Positions 59,900 through 64,000 of a stretch of DNA of 64,000 nt are shown in pieces. A model generated the notes under the pieces. It did no database searches. It was not told the origin of the DNA and saw only the letters and a list, made by a program, of their open reading frames with translations. A program made the position numbers and the translations under genes. The stretch comes from Candidatus Spongiisociaceae bacterium (lineage in GTDB: Bacteria > Actinomycetota > Acidimicrobiia > Spongiisociales > Spongiisociaceae): contig CBDCOH010000002.1 of assembly GCA_965219685.1 (NCBI GenBank), positions 1,888,001-1,952,000 of the forward strand. Direction: 5' to 3'. How positions within the stretch are numbered: the stretch's first letter is position 1; every line of letters begins with the position of its first letter.

Positions 59900-60400
59900 G
59901 TGGAGATCGCCACCACCGAAGTCGTATTCCGGCTGATCCCGCTGCTTCTCGTTCTGGGCACGGCGGTGATGGGCCTCATCGTGTGCGTGAACAACATCAC
60001 CGCTCCCGGAGCGAACATGCGGTTCGTGGAGCACATCATGACGATGGACACCACCAGCATGGACCGCGGGACGCAGTGGCGGGAGATCAGGTCCCCGGTG
60101 CTCCACCGGGCGGCGTTCTTCGCCATTCTCCTCTGCGAGCTGGCGGTCACGGTGCTCGGGCTCCTGGGGAGCTACTTCATTGCGGCCAATCTCGGGGCCA
60201 CGGGTGAAGCATGGGAATCCGCCAAGCTGTTCGGCTACCTGACCTTTCTCATGGCGTTGGTGGTGTGGTTCGTGATCATCCAGGTGGTTGGCGCCGAGTG
60301 GTACGTGAGTTGGCAGTCGGAGAAGTGGAACGCCATCCGCGACTCCACCCGCATCAACCTGATCACCGTCGCCGGGATCATCCTCCTGCGGTTGTCGTGA
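59900..60400 (+). CDS. DUF2165-family membrane protein
   Basis: NNIT...N..FV.HIM.MDT, G.EW...WQS..WN, four TM helices. Confidence 0.82.
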   Translation: MEIATTEVVFRLIPLLLVLGTAVMGLIVCVNNITAPGANMRFVEHIMTMDTTSMDRGTQWREIRSPVLHRAAFFAILLCELAVTVLGLLGSYFIAANLGATGEAWESAKLFGYLTFLMALVVWFVIIQVVGAEWYVSWQSEKWNAIRDSTRINLITVAGIILLRLS

Positions 60401-60426
60401 ATGGGGAATGGTGAATGGTGAATGGT
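60399..60426 (+). repeat. Heptamer tandem repeat GAATGG(T/G) x4
   Basis: gaatggg gaatggt gaatggt gaatggt at the DUF2165 stop codon. Confidence 0.8.
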
Positions 60427-60505
60427 GCTTAGCTAATTTTAGCCTTATGTGTTGATGCTTACAGAGGAACAGGAACCTGACAAGTGACAACCGGCAACTC
60501 GCGAC

Positions 60506-61420
60506 TTAGACCGCGAGCACGCGGGCGGGGTTGGTGTGGGTCATGGCGTGGATGGCTTCGTCGCTGACACCTTCGGCGCGGAGCATCGGGAGGAACGTCT
60601 CAATCAGGTACTGGTAGCCGTGACCTCCGTTGGTCTTCAGGCGGGGCCTGGCCGGCATGTCCTGGGCGATGACGAGACGGTCCTGGTGACCCTGGCGGAC
60701 CAGTTCGGCCAGGAACTCGGCCCGCCGCTTGTCCGAGTTGATCCACTCGATGCCGACCAGGTCGAACTCCAGGTAGGCACCGGTGGCGGCCACCCGCTCC
60801 AGCTCCGGCATCTCCAGGACAGCGTCGAGGTGCCCGAGGATCACCCGATCCACTTCCACTCCCTCCTCCTGGAAGATCTCGAGGAACTCCAGCGCCATAT
60901 GGCTGGTTGTGTGGGTGGTCAGCGCCAGACCGGTCGCCACCTGGGCGCGGGCCGCGGCGCGCAGAACCCGCTCCTCCACACCCTGGACCCAAGCCTTGTC
61001 GAGGCCGATCTCCCCGATGATTCCGGGCTTGATGCCGGTGTCCCCCACCCCGTTCTCGATCTCGTCGATCATGTAGTCGGCCAGCCTCTGCGTCGTCCAC
61101 TTGTTGACGAACTCCGGGTAGTAGGGCTCGCGGTAGAAACCGGTCCCCATGACGATGTGGACATCGCTCGCCTCCGAAACTCGACGGAGCTTCTCCGGAT
61201 CGCGCCCGATGTGTTCCAGGGTCGGGTCGACCAGGGTGTCCCCGCCGGCCTCCTTGTACAGCCTTACCTCCTCGGTCATCTGAACCTCGTCGGTGATAGG
61301 GATGGCCAGCCAGCGGTGCCTCGGCCACGAGAGATCAGCGAAGACGTGGTCATGCATCTGGGTATGGCCGAGTTCGCCGGGCGACACCGGGCCCCGGACC
61401 GTCATCACCTGCCTGGACAC
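60506..61420 (-). CDS. Phosphotriesterase-like (PHP/PTE) protein
   Basis: MTVRGP....LG....HDH, GRDP, GTGFY, GIIGEIG, TTHT, LGHLD, QD, NPARVL. Confidence 0.9.
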   Translation of the reverse strand: MSRQVMTVRGPVSPGELGHTQMHDHVFADLSWPRHRWLAIPITDEVQMTEEVRLYKEAGGDTLVDPTLEHIGRDPEKLRRVSEASDVHIVMGTGFYREPYYPEFVNKWTTQRLADYMIDEIENGVGDTGIKPGIIGEIGLDKAWVQGVEERVLRAAARAQVATGLALTTHTTSHMALEFLEIFQEEGVEVDRVILGHLDAVLEMPELERVAATGAYLEFDLVGIEWINSDKRRAEFLAELVRQGHQDRLVIAQDMPARPRLKTNGGHGYQYLIETFLPMLRAEGVSDEAIHAMTHTNPARVLAV

Positions 61421-61445
61421 GACTGACACCTCTCGCCGGCCGGCG

Positions 61446-62324
61446 CTAACCCGAGCGGGCCGCTTCGATCGCCTCGTTCGCAAACGCGACGCCGCGCTCG
61501 AACACTCGCTCGGCGTGCTCCTCGCGGGCATGGTCCTCGAACGCCGCGTACTTCGCGGTCCCGTCCCGCTCCATCTCCATAAGCAGCCCCCGGTAGTTGA
61601 TCCCGTCGTCTCCCACCGCGATCGGGATGAAGGTGCCGGTGTGGGCGTCGGAGAGGGTCTCGTACTGATCCTCCGGGCCGTACAGTTCCTCCGAATAGCG
61701 GGCCATGCCCTTGAGGTGGGCGTAGGCGATGTAATCGCGCAGGATGCGGTAGCCATAGGGCCACGGCTCGATCCCGGCCGCATAGACATTGCCGGCGTCG
61801 AAGTTGACCCGGACATGCGGTGCGTCGAGGGCATCGAGGAACCGGGCCGTGAGTTCCGGCTCCCGGACGACGTCGGTGCGTTCCGGATCCTCGTTGCGGA
61901 GGTCGAAGTGGTTCTCCAGCAGCATGGTGATCCCCTGTTCGGCGGCGAGATCGTGGCAGGGCTCCATACGACGCTTGTATCGCTCCACGATCTCGTCGAA
62001 GCTCCACGCCGGGTTGTGGCCCGGATAGGTGATGACGAATTCGGCGCCCACATCCTTGGCGAGGCTGATGATGTCGCAGATCGCTCTCTGCACCATTCCA
62101 ACGTCGTCGGTGATCATCACCCGGAACTTGGCGGTGGCGTTCACACAGACGATCCGTACCCCGTACCGGTCCAGCGTCTCGGCCGCGTTGTCGAAGCCCT
62201 CGTTCTGCGGGTAGTAGACGAGTTCGAGGGCGTTGACGCCGAGCCGGCGGCAGCGCTCGCCGAGTTGCTCGTAGGTCGGGTGCCAGCGGTTCCAGGACGA
62301 GTCCGCGCATATCGCCAATTCCAT
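61446..62324 (-). CDS. Sugar-phosphate isomerase/epimerase (xylose isomerase-like TIM barrel)
   Basis: LLENH, NFDAGN, HLKG, G.DG.INY, AFE. Confidence 0.85.
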   Translation of the reverse strand: MELAICADSSWNRWHPTYEQLGERCRRLGVNALELVYYPQNEGFDNAAETLDRYGVRIVCVNATAKFRVMITDDVGMVQRAICDIISLAKDVGAEFVITYPGHNPAWSFDEIVERYKRRMEPCHDLAAEQGITMLLENHFDLRNEDPERTDVVREPELTARFLDALDAPHVRVNFDAGNVYAAGIEPWPYGYRILRDYIAYAHLKGMARYSEELYGPEDQYETLSDAHTGTFIPIAVGDDGINYRGLLMEMERDGTAKYAAFEDHAREEHAERVFERGVAFANEAIEAARSG

Positions 62325-62412
62325 CGTTCCGTCCTCTCTTCAGGTGAGGTGGTAGATCGTCTGGAAGACGCGTCCAGGTTAGTGGTGGGGCTGCAAGACT
62401 AGATTCCCGAAC

Positions 62413-63840
62413 ATGCTGAGCACGTCCCGGATCGTCATGCTGATCGGCGGGGTGACCGCATGCCTGGGGATCCTCGCATGCGGGAGCGAGAGTTCCCTCG
62501 TCGACACGACATCCGCGTCCGGAACGTCCGTCACCACCACCCCCGTGAGCACTACCCCCGTGACTACGACACCGGTCACGACAACCCCCGTCACCACATC
62601 ACCGGTCTCGACATCACCGGTCACCACATCACCGGTCTCGACATCACCGGTCACCACATCACCGGTCTCGACATCGGCGCAGTCCACTTCGGGGTCCACA
62701 GATACGAGCATCACCGTGGTTGGGCCACAGGTCCTCACCGTCGAGGTGGTTCTCACGGACCTGGAGAACCCACGCGGAATCGGGATCGATGCGGAGGGCG
62801 CGCTGCTCATCGCCGAAGCGGGATACGGCGAGGACGCCGAGCCGCTGATACTGAGGACGGGCCGCATGACCCGCTTCCTGGACCGCGACGGGGACGGCGA
62901 CTTCGGCGACGCCGGGGAAGCCGAACGGTGGCTGGACAACCTGTTCAGCTTCAACTCGGTGAACAAGTACGAGACGGGTCGTGACGAGGTGAGCGGGGCT
63001 ACCGACGTCTTGGTACACGAGGACGGTCGGGTGTTCCTCTCCCTCGATGGCGGTATCGACGCGACCGGGGGAACGTTCATCCTCTACGAGTTGGACGAGA
63101 ACGGCACCCTGCTGCGCGAGATCGACCAGGTCTCGAACATGACCGGCATCGGCTTCTCCCCCGATCAGGACAGTATCTACGCCACACAGAGCACCCACAA
63201 CTCCCTCGTCGAGATAGACCTGGAGCAAGGTGAACGCAGGGAGATCGTGACGTTCGAGGATCTGTATAGCGGGCAGCAGGCGGTCCCGGCTGGGCTCGGG
63301 GTGGACCCGACCACCGGCGATGTGCTGGTGGCCCTGTTCTCGGGTGTCGCCAAGGCCGAGGGGGAGGCCTGCCGGTTCGTACCCGACGTGATGTGCGACG
63401 GCCGTTACCTGCCTCTGATCCCCACCGACGCCAAGGTGGTAAGGGTCGACCCGGACACCGGAGCCGTCACCGACGAGGTCATCGGCCTGACCGCGGCCTT
63501 GGACGTGGCGGTTGACGGGGAGGGAAACGTCTTCGTGGTGGAGATGGCTGCGGACCACGCTCAACTGTTCCATCCCGGAGTGGACCTGTTCCTGGCAGAC
63601 CTCCCCGCCATCCACGGCGGCTACGTGAGGTTCAGCGGCAAGGTCACCATGTATCCGGCCGGCGGAGGGGACCCCTGGATCCTGGCGGAAGGCCTGGATC
63701 AGCCGACCAACATCACTGTCGCTCCGGATGGGGCCCTCTATGTGTCCACCGGACAGGGAACTCCGGGCCGGCCCATTCCCGGCCCGGAGGGTCGTACTGA
63801 GATAGTTGGAGAGGTTCTCCGGATAACCGGGTACCGGTAG
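62413..63840 (+). CDS. ScyD/ScyE-like beta-propeller lipoprotein
   Basis: Lipobox ILAC, Thr/Ser/Pro linker, LENPRGI, IAEAG, QAVP, PT.I..APDGALYVS. Confidence 0.78.
   Translation: MLSTSRIVMLIGGVTACLGILACGSESSLVDTTSASGTSVTTTPVSTTPVTTTPVTTTPVTTSPVSTSPVTTSPVSTSPVTTSPVSTSAQSTSGSTDTSITVVGPQVLTVEVVLTDLENPRGIGIDAEGALLIAEAGYGEDAEPLILRTGRMTRFLDRDGDGDFGDAGEAERWLDNLFSFNSVNKYETGRDEVSGATDVLVHEDGRVFLSLDGGIDATGGTFILYELDENGTLLREIDQVSNMTGIGFSPDQDSIYATQSTHNSLVEIDLEQGERREIVTFEDLYSGQQAVPAGLGVDPTTGDVLVALFSGVAKAEGEACRFVPDVMCDGRYLPLIPTDAKVVRVDPDTGAVTDEVIGLTAALDVAVDGEGNVFVVEMAADHAQLFHPGVDLFLADLPAIHGGYVRFSGKVTMYPAGGGDPWILAEGLDQPTNITVAPDGALYVSTGQGTPGRPIPGPEGRTEIVGEVLRITGYR
62590..62675 (+). repeat. 30-bp coding tandem repeat (VTTSPVSTSP), about 3 copies
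   Basis: gtcaccacatcaccggtctcgacatcaccg starts at 62590, 62620 and 62650 (last copy partial). Confidence 0.9.
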
Positions 63841-64000
63841 GCTGGTGCTTAGGACCGGTGGCTGTAGCTAACCGCTCGTATACGTGAACGCTGACCACCC
63901 CGAGAAACGCAGGCAGCCACCTCTGCACGCCACGCTTCCGTAACCCTGGAGTTTGTTGTACGATGCATACTGGCTGGAGAGGTTCCAGCATCATTCATCA

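Noticed and set aside
61421-62101. 531-aa version of the phosphotriesterase-like ORF
   Set aside because: The extension overlaps the epimerase gene in another frame; family similarity starts at MTVRGP.

Overview
GC-rich bacterial window. F420-type LLM enzymes, leaderless-type promoters and Thr/Ala/Pro-repeat lipoproteins suggest Actinomycetota, possibly Acidimicrobiia (inference). From ~7.3 kb to the end it is a dense catabolic island for nitrogenous heterocycles and amides: four TenA paralogues, six full-length amidohydrolase-superfamily genes plus a phosphotriesterase-like gene, hydantoinase A/B, tandem Zn-ADHs, an orphan Mo-hydroxylase large subunit, PuuE-like, NicX-like and two atypical M24 proteins, three ABC importers, and a GntR regulator with a repeated operator. 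The first ~7 kb holds debris of a repeatedly duplicated amidase/amidohydrolase cassette and a coupled AAA_14-DUF4143 ATPase plus NACHT-nuclease pair, a likely defence module, behind a perfect 36-bp palindrome. Best leads: (1) all four TenA proteins carry Asn at the canonical Asp44 position and three sit beside deaminase-type amidohydrolases, suggesting an undescribed pathway for oxo-/5-substituted pyrimidines rather than thiamine salvage; (2) the NACHT module; (3) a strand-specific A/C skew in the multicopy amidohydrolase 3' region. No rRNA, tRNA, CRISPR array, transposase or integrase was recognised. All product calls come from motif recognition by eye, not database searches.
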